DNA of 64,000 nucleotides, from contig NC_092672.1 of NCBI RefSeq assembly GCF_964355755.1, forward strand, positions 10,416,001 through 10,480,000. The letters run 5' to 3'. Origin of the DNA: Antedon mediterranea (taxonomy: Eukaryota > Animalia > Echinodermata). The stretch's first letter is position 1; each line of letters opens with the position of its first letter. The translations under genes were made by a program, and so were the position numbers. Below, piece by piece: positions 14,901 to 29,900 of the stretch. The notes beneath the pieces were generated by a model. It was not told the DNA's origin, ran no database searches, and saw only the letters and a list, made by a program, of their open reading frames with translations.

Positions 14901-17900
14901 GTCACAATTCCATGCATTCACATCACAAAGAGAAATATACTTCTGTGATTCAATGGTTTGATTATTTTTACAAACATGGTAATTTATCTTCTTACAACAA
15001 ATAAATTTCTCTGTATTCACTGCATGTCAACATGAAAATTAATGATGATAGAGTACCATTTATAGAGAGTTTATGCCAAAGGATTGCAAAAATAACTATA
15101 TGTTGGGGGCCGTGAGATGCATAAAGGGAGATTACTCTATAGTAGGTTACATGCAATTTGTTTTTAGATAGGGACAAATATTCCACCAATTGGAAGATAG
15201 TAGGTATTTATATGGTCAACACCAAGAGGCAGTAGATTTCACCAAATACAAAGCAATCTCCATTTCGTCAGTGACGCCACAAAATGACACTAATGTGACT
15301 ACAGACACTACTCAAGTGAAATGGATTTTGCATTTTCACACTTAACATACTATTAGTATTACTAGGGAAGCTCTCTACTAAACCGCGTTTTTGTGAAACG
15401 CATTGTTATGTCAAATGACTACGTGGTTAGTGTCTATTTGTGGTGTCACTGACAACTTGTGTTACCTTAATATACAGTATACAAGTTAGAAGACCTTAAT
15501 CGCTGTCATCACTAACTGTAAAAGTCTCAATAACCCTTCTTTGTCCATTAAACTCAAAGCCACCTTCCTCGCCAGCCAATGTTTGTAAACGTTTGTTCCC
15601 TTAACCATGTAAGTGTAACCAGGGAGTGTAAGTAGCAGTGGATGTACACAATATTGCCATTACCGCTTCATGTGTCAAAAATCTGTACGAAATGCGACTT
15701 GTTAGACTACAAGAGTAAAATGTTAATTCAATTCAATTCAACCCTACAGTGGAAGTCATTTGATTAAACCCATTGGTTTCCTTGGAGGAAAGTTTCTTGG
15801 ATTGGACTTCTAATAGTACGTAGTATAGTATTCTAACTAAACAGCATTCAATATGGTGTATGTAAACATGCCTTGCAAAGCAATTAAGTAGATAGATATT
15901 AAAGACAAGATAAGTGAAGATGAGCTACAACACATTTAATTATACCAAATGATGGGGACAGATGTAATCATGAAATTGTGAGTGTCTTGCAGATAAGGCA
16001 GCTTTTGATTACATTGCACAGGCACCATGACTGCAAACGCAATCGATCGTAATATACCGTACATCATATTATATTACTCCCTATTGATTTCTAATCTAGG
16101 TTCTTCATAGTGCAAACGGCTGCCATACATTTGAAAAAGTTAACATGAAAGTTAAGTTTCCTGACAGATAAAAATGTAATAAACAAAAGATGGAAACGGC
16201 CCAAGAAAATCGATGATTCGTTATTACCATGATAAAATTAATACACATGCTTGTATTATCCAATAATAAACAATTTTAATGCCGTACTATTACTAATGCT
16301 GTAAAGAACATCGTAGAAATGAAGAATTCTAGCAAATTCTGTTGTGAAATATTGGTGCATACACTAGGTAGTGCATAAAGTTCTCTGAAATACAAAGAGT
16401 TCACAAATTGACTCGATTACGCTGCTAAATCTGCAATACATCGTGTAGAGCATATCAGCATGAGAACGCATTCTATATGATCACAAAATTTCTAGATGTT
16501 AATTGCCCAGGAATGTTTATTCATTTCATTGCGATAAAAACAATATAATTATTTTTGTAAAAACTTTACTGCACTGCTTTAACAAAAAATGTGTTCTTAT
16601 ATCATTTTAGATTTTTCTTTATATCTGAATAATATTTGAACTATGGCAGCAATTTTGACTACTCCCCTTTAAAACGTGCTTTTCACTAGCTATGCAACGT
16701 AACTGACGTTTGATTGCGTCAACGTTCATTGCCGTCACCCTGTATACTTGTCTATGCGGTTTACTATGTTTCTCTGGTGCATTTACCATTGTTATTGTCT
16801 GAAATTAAATTTCCCATCTGCAATGTTTGCAGCACTATTTTATGTTGTCCACTTGTGATTATGCAATACGGTGGGCACTGTCATGAACCCCGCTTTGCTG
16901 TTGTAGTCAATTTTCAAAGTTTACAATCTGGTATTATTATAGTAAATTATCTATTCTGAAATACAATGCATTTTCTCATGGTAATTATTAAAAAAGTGAT
17001 TGACATGTTTAGTATTTGCCTTTGCTTATAATATATATACAGTTTGAAAATAATCAACAACATTATACTTGACATATCAGTTTGTTTATTTGAATGTGTA
17101 TCATCTTTTGTTTCTGTTTAAAACACAACTCTAGCGTCATCACCAAATTAAGAAAACAATACTGTATTAATGAATAATGTACTATAAACAATGCATTTCA
17201 GATTTTATTATTAGCTGCCACTTTTCATGCTACAAAACTTTCATGGGTTATTTTAATACCCCAATTAAAGTATCTCACTGATATCAAATTATTATGAACT
17301 TTTTGATTTGCACTTTGTCAACTGATACCAGATGATGTCATTTTATGATGTGCGCATCAGTAAGTCGTCACTGACACGTAAAAAATGAGAACGTGTTTGG
17401 TGGCAGTTTGCCGTTCTGTCTCTGGCATGAGTACTAGTGGATGTACAGTATGATGTCCTAATACTGCAACATTTTACAAAAATCATTCCTCTCATTCTCA
17501 GTTAATTTATATAATTTACAAACTGTGAATTATTAATTTATGTATTCCATTGTATTACATTTCTGGAGATTTTAATTCTAATCCTATTACGAATCCAACC
17601 TTTGATATAATACCTCTTTTGAATTTTGACATCTCTAAGATAGTACGTCTCTTGGTAAAAGCAGGGAGTTGGTAAAAGTAAAAGATATGGATGTTATTTT
17701 ACCAATGTTTGTTTTAATCATTTATGCTATGCTGATGATTTGGTTGTGTTAGCTCCCTCTGCCTCAGGCCTTCAAAAACTGGTTAACACGTGTGTGGCTT
17801 TTGCATCTGAGCATGATATTATATATAAAAATAAAAAGTCTTTTACTGTATGCTGTTTTGTCCCACTATTCGTAGAGTCAATGGGGCTCCTAAAACAGTA

Positions 17901-20900
17901 TTAGGTGATTAGGCGCTGGAGTATTTAATTTCATTTCATTTATTTCGTCTCACATAATTATAATAAAAAATAACAAACAATAAAGAGAGACAGGATTCCC
18001 AAAAGCGAACTAAATCAAACTATCAAGTGGGTCTCCTAAGTATGTTGATCATTTTATGTACTTAGGCCATATTTTAACTTCGAATCTAAGAGATGAGGCA
18101 GATATAAAACGCCAATATAGATCTCTATGTATTTAAGAGGTAATGTTTTATGTAGGAAATTTTCATACTGCTCCAAATCAATTGTCTGAAATAAAAGTTG
18201 AATTGAATTGAATTAATAGCCGCATTAGATTGCGCACATTTTTATCATCCCCATCTTAAGGTGTTAATGAACAAGTACAGAATTTCACTGCTGCTACTAC
18301 TACGACTTCATACATAAACACTGATAAAACAGTTGTGTATAATTGATATGTCGAAGAAACGTGCCTACGTCTCGCTCACTCTTACTTAATCTTCCAATCT
18401 GTCATTTGCCAATGAACTTTTCTTGTAAATCTGTGCCCTTGTTTGTTATGACCTTTCAAATTTAAAATTACAAAATTGTAAACTATAACGAATTTAGAGC
18501 ATATTAAAAGTAATAAACAATGTGGTATTATTAAATCAATATTTGTTATGTCCCGCTGATTTTTCTTTATAAATTATATTTATTATTCGTTAGTATCAGA
18601 CTGGTTTTCTTTCAATATTTAAACCTGACGTAAGGCCCATGCTTTTATTGTAATTTGTGTATGATTTTGTTATGCATGTTTAATAATTGATTTGATTTTA
18701 TTAAATGTATTTGGAAATTATAAATAATACATACAAACAAAGAGATAACATTCTATTAACTGACAATACAGGGAAAATATTTGACAGACTTGGCATACAT
18801 AATAGTAAATGGATAGTGGAGCTGTATCTTGGTGGTTAATGTGCTTGCCTTCCTATCCCAAGGTCCAGGGTTCAATCCTGACCTAGTCCTAGTGCCAGGG
18901 TTGTAACTCAAGACTCTTTCAACTCAACTTCTCAAAGACTTTATATTTTATAAAGCACTTCGATCAATTATAAAATAGTTTATCCATTCTGTAATTGGCG
19001 CTTGCTGGCTTGTCGATGCATTTTAAATAAAAGAAAAAGAAGTAAACATCTTATAATTCAAACGAATTCAGTGAAATTTTTACTTTTCAAATATTAAAAT
19101 CTAAAGAAAAATTAGACCATAAATTTGCACAGAGTAAAAAGATTAATGTCTATAGTGGAATTGTGTGAATTCACTAGCAAACTGTTTCCTGTAATTTGCA
19201 TATCACCTGCCCACACATCTTCCAACAATTTGTTTTCTTGTACAGTATTATAATATATTCTAAACATAAAAACACAGAGAGATATATATATTATACTTGC
19301 ATTGATGAAGGGCTGCCGCTAGTGTTGCCCGACAGCTCTGCTATATTTTCTGACTGTTTTACTTTATTGTTTTGGTTTATCTTTTTGCTTATATTATTTT
19401 GCTCTCCATTGATATCCAGCCACTGATACCCACAGCATTGTCATTTTGCTCTCCATTGATATCCAGCCACTGATACCCACAGCATTGTCATTTTGCTCTC
19501 CATTGATATCCAGCCACTGATAGTGATACCCACAGCGTTGTCATTTTGCTCTCCATTGATATCCAGCCACTGATACCCACAGCATTGTCATTTTGCTCTC
19601 CATTGATATACAGCCACTGATACCCACAGCATTGTCATTTTGCTCTCCATTGATATACAGCCACTGATACCCACAGCATTGTCATTTTTTTAGTAATTTG
19701 CCTTTGGATTTATATACAGTATATAAAAAATAAATGTTCACGTCTACAAAAGAAATGCATGTCATTAGTAGTATGTAAAATCCCTGTTTTAAAATGATCT
19801 ATTTTTTCTATTGTTGCAGGTATTTTCTGCAAGTGTTTTTCTTTCTGTCCAAGTAGATATAACATTTTATTTTAATATTTTTATTTATGGTGGTATTCTA
19901 AGAAAAGAAAATTACAAATTTATAAATGTGACGTTTTTGATGGAAAAGCTTTGATATGGTTACTGATTAACAATAGACCAAAACTATCCATCTCATGTAG
20001 TTCTATCAATAACAAGCCACTCCATCATATGCTGCAAGTGCATTGCCAATTACTGTAGCCCCATGGTGCTCGTAAATCGTCCTCGAGTTGATAAACTTGA
20101 ACATTACCAACAAACAAATGCTGGAGCTTTGGTTTAGATGCATAATGTTGTGTACTCCTACATTGAGATGATTCTTAAAGAAATATTTGAAACTGAGTCC
20201 GAAAGCTATGTTGGTTTGTTTGGATAAATTAGGTAGCCATTTAAATAAACCCATGGGAAATTTCTTACCATTCTACTGCTGTCAGTTTATTGTAAAAGCC
20301 TGAGTAAAAGTGCTCAGTAAAGATGTTATGTCAGGATTTTATTTTGTAGCTATAGGGGAAATGTTAACTTTGGTTTATAATAAAGTATGTTTTTTTTAAT
20401 TTGGTTTGTGGCTGTTGAAAGATTCTTCTCTATTTCAAAATACACTATGTTTTTCCTATCTCAAGTGTCATCAAATGTGCTCAGATATTAACAGGCAGCT
20501 GCATATGTCAGGTAGAAGAGTATTGTGTTGTTTATCTTTACACTGGTTTAGGCTTACTACCTAAGCAAACTTTTAATTTAATCGTACAAACATGAAGGAA
20601 TAAAAAAAAAAAAACTACTATTAATCGAAATAATTATTCTCATACACATAATAAATGTTTATTATTATTATTAATATAAATTTTTCGGTAACAAAAAGAT
20701 AATGACTGCAAAACAAGCAATGAAACCTATCTGGCTAAGAAAGGGAAAAACACTATTTTTATAAAATCATAAAAAATTGGGTCTAGTTTGATTGGTGAGC
20801 TTCCACAATGAAGTTTGTGTTTTTAAATTGAGAACATACTATTTTCATAAACCTGCCCAACAATTTCAACAGTTTTTTTCTTTCTAGCAGAAACGAACTC

Positions 20901-23900
20901 TAGTGTCATACACTATAGATAATCATACCAGTCGATTTTGTTTTTTTGTCCGGTTTGAAAAAACTTCAAATTTATAAAATTGGGCTAAATCGCATTGTCT
21001 ATAAGAAAATAAATCTACTTTCAAATGCAACTTGTAGGTGTACTAGTTTTCCGAGATATGTCAAATAACCTAACACACAGTGAAAATGCCTACCACTATT
21101 AATTTCAATTTTACATTTAATACAGGTAGGCATTAAATTAGGTCAATCATACATTTAGTGAGTATGTTGACAGATTTCCCAATCATTAGAGATCATTGGC
21201 AGTGGTCCAAGAATTATAGACAGGCCGCACGTACAAATGTAGGCTTTTGATTATTACTTTGCGGTTGGGGTCAACCTTTCTTTGCATGTGTTACAGATGT
21301 TTAGCACCTCCCAGCACTTGACATTTAAAACGTTTACAGTCTCTATTTGAAAGTAATAGGGCCCAGTTCCTTTAAACCTGGCTCAAATTACAAATAAATT
21401 GAACACATATTCTATCAACACTCAAACGACTTCCCCTCGCTAACCGCCTGTCAGTGCTGCGGTCACTTAGCGTGCATGTGTTGCGTTACCACACACATGC
21501 AACTGGTTAATATCGTAGTTTCACTTGCTAGATCCTGCTGTTTGATCAAGTGTGTGCTGAATGCATTGTTTAGGAAGAAAATGATAGTAAAGACAATTAG
21601 TTTTGTTTTTGAATGAAAGTCATACCTTAATTCATTTGGTGTCTTAACAAACAAAAAAACTGGAACAGATGCTTTTCTGGAAAAGTCCATTTTGTGAAGT
21701 ATAGAAGCCAGTTTAATTAGTTAATCATAGAGTTATTAATAATTGTTATCTATCTCAGATGGTAATTCAATAGGGTTAACATCACCAGTTAATCAAATCT
21801 CAAGAAGTGAGCCGCCATGGCTTCAGTGCGGATACGCCAGTCTGAACCTTTGTTTCGTACACGTGTTAAAACAATCCTCGTTATTATGCAAACAATAAAT
21901 CTAGAGTTCATTTTACAAAATCTTTACAGAATTTAATTTTTTTTAAATGATGCGAGTCATGATATATATTCGGTATATAATATATATATTTTGCACTGAT
22001 GAAGGGCTAGTGTTGCCTGAAAGCTCTGCTAACTTTTCTGGCTGTTTTACTTATCGTTTTGATTTAGCTTTTCGCTTTTTTTGTTGTATCTCCATTGAGA
22101 TCCAGCCACTGATAGTACCCACAGCATTGTCATTTTTTCAGTAATTTGCCTTTGGATTTATATATATATTCACATAATATTAACTTTATTTTTGTGTACA
22201 TGTGGCACTGCCCATGTTCGAGAGTTCCCTGACTCCCCTGATTGCGTCACGTTGATGTCACCTAGTTTACCCTCTAGGGAATTATACAGTATAAACTCTT
22301 TTGTAGTCGATTAACTTCATGTTTTATGTTTCCTATGCAGACTTAAATAAGGCATCATTAAAATATCCAAACAACGCATAGTTTATTTGTGTAACTTGTA
22401 TTGTATAGGTTATAGCGTATTATTATTGTTGTAACTTGTATGTAGGTTATTGCGTGTTAATTACATGTCTGTTTATTGTTTGTAACTCATCAATATAGCC
22501 TACGCTTATTTCATTTATTCGCAGTAAAATTAAATTCTTTTGTTGAACCATGAGATATTAAAAGGTTATGATAGTTTTACCTTTTGTATGGCGTAAAGCT
22601 CATCCCTTTCCTGTCTAGATTTGTCTTCTATCTACGAAAGAAACTGATTATTGGGGAGAGTAGGGAAGGTCATTGAAGCGGGATAGGAAGGTCATTGAAG
22701 TGGGATCGAGAGGTCATCTTAGTTGGAGGTGGTAAATAATAAAATAATAATAAAATGGTACTCAGTCTTAGTGCCTAATACAATGTTTCTAAGCGCTTTA
22801 CACACAAAAATGATCTATAAAATATCCTAAGATAACTAAAAAGTAAAGAAGTAGATGAACCATTTACATCGCTTCTTCAACCAACCCCCCTCCCTGCCCC
22901 CCCCCCCCCTCAAGCACTTTGAAGCTCCCATATAAGAGCTCGTCAGAGCACAATTCATAGGAAATCGAGTAAATGGGTTAAATATGGGGTTGAGATTTTC
23001 CCATCTATACAAAAGACAATGTAGCTAGCAGCTAATGTTCTACCATGGAGGAAATACATATTGAAATATATATTACAATAATTTGGGCCATGGAAGAAAG
23101 CATTTTAAAAATGGAGGTTGTTGGAAAATTGTTCATGATGTTGAAGTAATTATGCTGGTTTTAAAACAACATTTTTATGAAATATTCCTAATTAAACAAT
23201 TTATATAACAACTTTATTGTATTTCAAAATAATTGTCTTTCCTTTGACTATAACTGTGCTTGAATCTTCTATCATTTCAAAGAATACAATATGTAATTAT
23301 ATTACTTTTAGCATCAGAAAGCTACTGTATGATTTAAAACAATTTACAAGTATTTATGATAAAAAGTGAATGACTGACTGTAAACGTGATCTGGCGTTAA
23401 TTGAGATTTGCGGGGCTACAGCAAATCTTGTCTGTTTCGTTTCCATCAGATCATAAACACTGAGTTAAAGATACATGTGTGTTGCATTAATGCTGTAAAG
23501 ATGAAAGTAAAAGAAATCATCTACTGTAGGTGAATTCAAAGCCACTGAGAGCATTTTAAATACTCTTAATCAAGGCTATGATTTTTTTTTAAATAACACC
23601 TACAGTAATAGTTAATACATACATACCATCGGTCATCAAAATTTTAGGCATTGAGGTGTAAACATCCACTGAACTAAAAACCTATTGTAGATAAATAAAA
23701 AAAGGCAGTGACTGAAAGCGAGTTATCAGAGGATGTCCATAGAACTAACGCCTGTATTCTTAAACCGGACTTTAGTTGTAGTTCGAAGTTCGACTTGAAA
23801 AAGTCGTAGTTCGAGATATTACTTCAATTTCGATTCAAAAACGAAGTAGCCGAAGTTTACAGTTCGACTTATGAAGTCGAGCTTTTAGTCGAGTTGCACA

Positions 23901-26900
23901 CGTCTGGGTAACAAAGGCTATACATTGGCCAATGACAAGAGAGTATTTAAGGAGCAGACGAAATTTTGCGCATTGATATCACTTTCCAATTTTTACGCAT
24001 CAGGACTATATACATGAAAAATAATTTTAATCGTTAATTATTAGAACAAGATCAGTATTAATTTAACAGTGAAGTACTTTTGATTATAACAACAAACAAA
24101 ATCTTCAAAATATATTTAGGAACCATGGCGGTACGGTAACTTTTATATTTTCTAGGCCCCCAACAAAGTATGATCGCGACGAACCATGCACTTCATAGCG
24201 TGACAAGAAAGCGCTAGGCCCCCTAAACATTCCATCGCGTGGAGAATTTCCGCATCTGCCATTGTCGCTATGGCGTGACGTAGTTCAAGTCGGACTTGCG
24301 CGAAGAAAATAATGTAATTTGTTTACGGTTGTAAATAAAGATGATTTTCATTATTATAACTTATACCAATGTATATTTAATTAAGCTAATATAAAAATAG
24401 ATATTCCATTCTTCAATATCTGGCCAATATAACAAACAACTCAATGACTGTTACGTTTTTCATAAACATTGTTTAAAAACCATTTAGTCGACCATTTAGC
24501 CTGCCCCCTCCAGGACTAAAAAAATCGATCAAAATCTGTCTCGATTGAGTCGAGGTTGGCCTGATTTAGTCGGTGATTTAGTCGGAGTTCGGTTTATGAA
24601 TTAAAATGACGTCATTTTTTAGTTTTAGCTCGAACTACTGTACGACTAAAGTCCGGTTTAAGAATACGGGCGTTAAAGTTTTGTACGATAATGCCAAATA
24701 TTGTGAATATTATTCATAATGACTGTTGAGATTTGAGCCAAATCTGTGTGAATGATATTGGTGAACAAAATGTTAGGAAACCTATTATCATAGTTTGATC
24801 TCTTCTCTGTGTCTCTATCAAGGTGTTACCCACGTACAATTTCTATTATTTCAAACAACATTGTGGTTAGCAATTAGCATTAATGATGTGAATTTACCTG
24901 GGCAGTCGGCGCATCACGTTGATCGTGCTGTTAATTTGACGTCATTGTGTGCAGCTTCATGGATTTTTACAATAAATTATAGTGGTCATTACCTATTATC
25001 TAGGCTTATGTAACCCTTGCATCCAGATTTTAAAACAATACAAACTGGCAATTGATAGAGACCTGTAGAAAAATTTGCATGATTAATTTGATATCAGCAT
25101 TCGACGTATGTAACTCTGATATGATTAGATTAGATCACCTTAACTCTGTTCTATGCATGCTGAAACTGTAATGTGAACACATATGTGTGCAGCTATAGTA
25201 TACAGTCAACTCTCCCAATACCGGACACCTTTATGCTGACCAAATATGTCTGGTTCTTTGGAAAGTCTGGTATTTGGAATGTGTTTTAATAATGGTAAAA
25301 ATGAATTCGGAACTGTTTGGTATTGTGAGAGTTTCCGATTTTTCAGAGAGCCTGGTATTGAGAGAATTGACTGCACCAAGTTTTTTTGCTAGCTATAACA
25401 ATTGATACTGATTTATATTTACAGATGTATGGTATCTCATGGTTGACCGACCTGTGCAGCCTGATTGGAGACATAGATGTGATGATTATGATCACAGCGA
25501 CGATTTGTCATGATCTTGACCATCCAGGATACAATAACGCCTACCAGGTAAGTGGACAAAATGATAATAATAATAACTAATGTTAATAATATTTGCTATG
25601 TTCTGCACTGCTATTTTTCATTCCATGATACAGTATGGACATGTGATGCACACTGTATCACAGAATACCGTAAATCTTCTAAAACCCACACTCTAATAGT
25701 AACCCCACTTCTAATAATAACCCACTACTCTAATAGTAACCCCCTTCTAATGGTAACTGTTACTGCAGAGTGCATGTATTTATTTTATATTACTTTAGTT
25801 CCTATTATAATAAGTTTCTGCCCTATGAATATTCATTTATTCTGTTACTTTCTTATTTGCATTCTCATTTACATATTATTTGCCAAGTGTGCACACAGTG
25901 TGCTGTTTCTCCTTTCTACCATTATTATATATGTTACTGCAGAGTGCATGTATTTATTTTATATTACTTTAGTTCCTATTATAATAGAAGTTTCTGCCCT
26001 ATGAATATTCATTTATTCTGTTACTTTCTTATTTGCATTCTCATTTACATATTATTATTTTTCTTTTACCAGCTCTAACTGTACAGTTTTAAACTATTAT
26101 TTACACTTTATTTCTATTTGATATTTCTTGGATTTTACTTTGTTTTGGAAAACTTTGCAAATGTTGACATTAATCTTTTAATTTCTGTATGTTGTGAGAG
26201 CTGTGTACATTAAAACAAGGAATCAACAGCAGCTTACCTAATTGGTAGATCCAAATTAAAGTAATCCACCCTAAAAACAATCAAAGAATAATAACCCAGG
26301 GTTACAATTAGAAGATTCACGGTATGCATGATACTGCACAAATCACACGGTAAACAGAAGAATTGATTTTATACCAACTACTGTACAAATAATCCATTTT
26401 TTTCTGTGACATTTCAACAGTAAACGTTGTGTTTTAATGAGTCTACGTACACCTGCTTATATCATTACATTCATCTTCGTCTTTAAATATTTCAAATAGA
26501 AAAGCTTCAGTCTTCTTCTATTCTTCATTAACTTAAGCCCCTTTTTCCTATTTCTGATTTCAATTCTCAATCTCATACAAAAAATTATGATATTCATTAT
26601 TAAGAATAATCATTTAATGCTATCAGACTGTTTTTCTCTAAAGTATTTTTATTTATTTTATAATGAGTATAGAGATGGCAACAGCTTATCAATTTTTTTT
26701 ATGATTCAATTTTCAAAATTACATCGTAATCCGATATATTTTATTCAATTAATTTTTACTTGATGCCTTTTCGTAGATAATTACATCCCATCATGTTCAA
26801 AATATCATCATGTATTTCAATATGCTTTCACCTAATCTGTCTTTAATATCTAATTCCTACTTTAAGAGAATGCCAGATAGAGATCATCAGCTAATTGGTT

Positions 26901-29900
26901 TTCACCTTTTAATTATGATAAACATCACACACAGATGGCAAAAATATTGAATTATACTTCAGGTGTTATATAATATTATTTAAAAATAAATCTATATTAT
27001 TAAATAAACCTATTATTCTTTTTTCATTATTAAAATATTTTTATTCTATAGTCACAGATCATCATTTAAAGGAATAAGAGGAGAGCACTCAGTTTGTTTT
27101 TACCATTTTGTTTTTTAAAAAAAAAGTTTTTGTATCTAGGACTATTATTTGGACGGGCCATTGTTTGTAATTTTATCCCTAAAAAATTGTGTTGATTCTA
27201 GTGTAGGCCTAGCTAGGAACAGATAATATAATAATGTGTATGATGTCTATGACATATCAGAGAGGGCGCTATAACCTTTTTTATACTGCTCTTCTATAAA
27301 ATAACCAATATCATCATTTATCTTTGAGGAAGATAATTTATCAAGCTAATCTGTCTTGTATTGTTTTGTATTGTTTTTTATGTCATGATTAAAAAATATT
27401 TGGTTTGATTCTGATTTTTACCATAAGGAACAATTGAAATTTTCTAGCAATAACTTAAATTATTCCAAAAAAATGTCTTAAGTTTTAATATAAAAATGTT
27501 TTATCATAAAATTATTTTGCCCAAATGAACAAAGCTATATAAATTCAAATGTATCTGTTAAGTATTTTGACACGCACATGTACTGTATACGCGAGTTTGC
27601 CGAAGAAATATAAATATTAATAGTCTGCCAAAAATATATATCAAAAAGTAGTTCATATTTTTGTTTTAGCTGTCAAAGGGGCGGGAGGGTGTAGGAGCGC
27701 GCATCCCAAGTGCAACCCACATGGATCCGCCCCTGAATAGTATAGGGTGCCATGTTTAATGAAGATGAAACACAAGTGGCAGAAATCTGAATAAAAAATT
27801 ATAATAAACATTGACAATGCAAAATATCATCCTTCTTCAAATTTCGGAAAAAAATGCGGGGATTTTTTTTAATTAGGCATTCCGTATTGAACAAAGCTTT
27901 TTGCGTAGGTCCATTAAGCATTTCTTGTGATTATTTTCCCATCACTGTATATGGATTTTGTCTTTGACGTAATTAATATGTCAGGATGAACGTTTGCAAT
28001 CATATGTCAGTGTCGTTCACAATCACATGTTTTATATTAATATTTCTTAACTTGCATTAAAAATTACTGTTGAAATATATATTTTGCATTGTTATGGAAC
28101 GCATTTTATTTATTAATTTATAAGATTAAAGAATCTCAGCTTAATTAAAAATAATCCTTGAAAGGTTTTTGTTGAATATGCTATTTCAACATAACATACC
28201 ATACTGCCAAAACACAAAAAAAAAAAAAAATTTTTAAGAAAAAAAATTATCAGAAGCATTTCTTTTTGGTTAGATTAGATTTATTTTGTCTTTTATTAAG
28301 TGAAATTATTTATGCGAAAAGTGGAAAAAAACAATACAAAATGGCGTATTTTAATTTTGTTTACCTTTACTTTCTACCCTTTTAGTACTGTAGGTGAATA
28401 TCAATTTTAAAATACCAGCTTGTAGATAATTTGATACAGATTTGACAAGAAATTAAAATACTTAATACTGTAGACCATGTTGCTAGACTGTAAACAATGG
28501 GGCCAATTTGTTATGTCATTCTAATGTTTATGGTTTTATACAATCATATTTATGTGATGTTTATATAGTTCAGGTCACTGGAATGGCATTGGAAGTGGTT
28601 TTTTAGGCGCCAAGCAATTTCCTTCTCTTCTGTAAATATCAACCGCATTTATGTCAATATCAGGCATTCCTTATTAAAATATGTTGATTTTGTTAATGAA
28701 TAAAGATTTTTTTTTATTTGTCCGTTTTTGTGAGTGCATTTAGCTGTTTCTTTCAACAAATTAAAAGTTGCGATATTTAATTCACAGTGTTCAATATTTT
28801 TTAAAAAAACAACTACAGTACTGTATGTTAAATTTTTATTTCATTTAACAATAAACATCCTACAGTAGCTTTAATACTATTAGGCTAGGCCAAATAGGCT
28901 AAAATAATTTTTCTAGCAATTTACCAACCAACAATTTACCAGACTGGACTTTTGTATTTGTCACATGGGTTCTGTTTATAAAATTCTGACTTAAAGTTAT
29001 TTTCAGTTTCTTCTGTTATTTCCATAAAAGGAAATATTTCGAGCTATAAATATTTAAGAATTAACTCAATTTATAACGGAGACAACTTAATTAATGGGTT
29101 GAAGTTATTGGAAATTAAATGAAGCATTTGTTTGTATAACAATAATTTGTAATTATTGGCAGCGTTTTACCTTCTCAGAAATGATTTCAACTGTTATGAT
29201 TCAGGAGTTGACAAACACTTTATTATTTAGAGAGTCCAGCATTGTTTATAGTGCAAGTTCTTTTCCAATTAAATTAAAGATAAGTAGTTTATTTGAGAGT
29301 ATGGCTATTATGACTCTTGGCATTTTAAAAGTAAATACTCTGACTATTTTAACCGATTCTCGGTATTTGTGTCTTAACAAGTATCATTCATAGACAACAG
29401 AATGATGGTGATCCTTCCATCCATCACATGTGTGAATCTCATATCATGTGTGTGACTAAATTCATACCAAAACTGGTTATGTATGTGTGTATGTCGCACA
29501 TGTGCAAGAGAAATCAAACATAAGTTGCATGTGTTGATTTGTAGAGACAGGCAAAAACAATAAAAGGCTGAATAAAATTACCTTTTTTTTTCATTTTTCT
29601 CAAAACACAGATTGTAATAGCCAAAATGTAGACTTTAGATATCTCTAGAAGTAGATATGGTATCAAGATATTTTTTCAGAATTTTAAATCTTGGATTATG
29701 TAGTTTCAGTATTTGTAAAAATCTCAATTTTTGAAAATTCTGACTTGTGTCTGATTTCCCTTGCATGTGCCACATATGCGACACCACACTGATACTATGG
29801 TTATGGATCACTCTGTGATTAGAAATCTGTAAGACATACAATAGGAAAGGATTTTTTTTCTTTTCTATTCCAGCAAAGCTTGTTAGAGCTTATAGAGTTT

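Noticed and set aside
15490-15685. Protein-like minus-strand frames
   Set aside because: All frames are short or interrupted by stops, with no family motif.
18817-18890. tRNA genes here and at 8650, 11700, 13176 and 46427
   Set aside because: A and B boxes are present but the cloverleaves do not close and SINE bodies follow.
19397-19684. Regular repeats resembling a CRISPR array
   Set aside because: Head-to-tail units with no unique spacers, in a eukaryotic intron with no cas genes.
20006-20254. Minus-strand 82-aa ORF as a nested gene exon
   Set aside because: No recognisable homology and no chain of compatible minus-strand exons found by eye; a tBLASTx or RNA-seq check would settle it.
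22915-22951. Minus-strand CTGACGA followed by a gctc/gagc hairpin, as a possible hammerhead
   Set aside because: The hairpin is followed by TTCAAA, not GAAA, so the catalytic core is incomplete.
25552-26078. 150-aa and 102-aa hydrophobic ORFs
   Set aside because: AT-rich intronic sequence extended by a local duplication; no coding signature.
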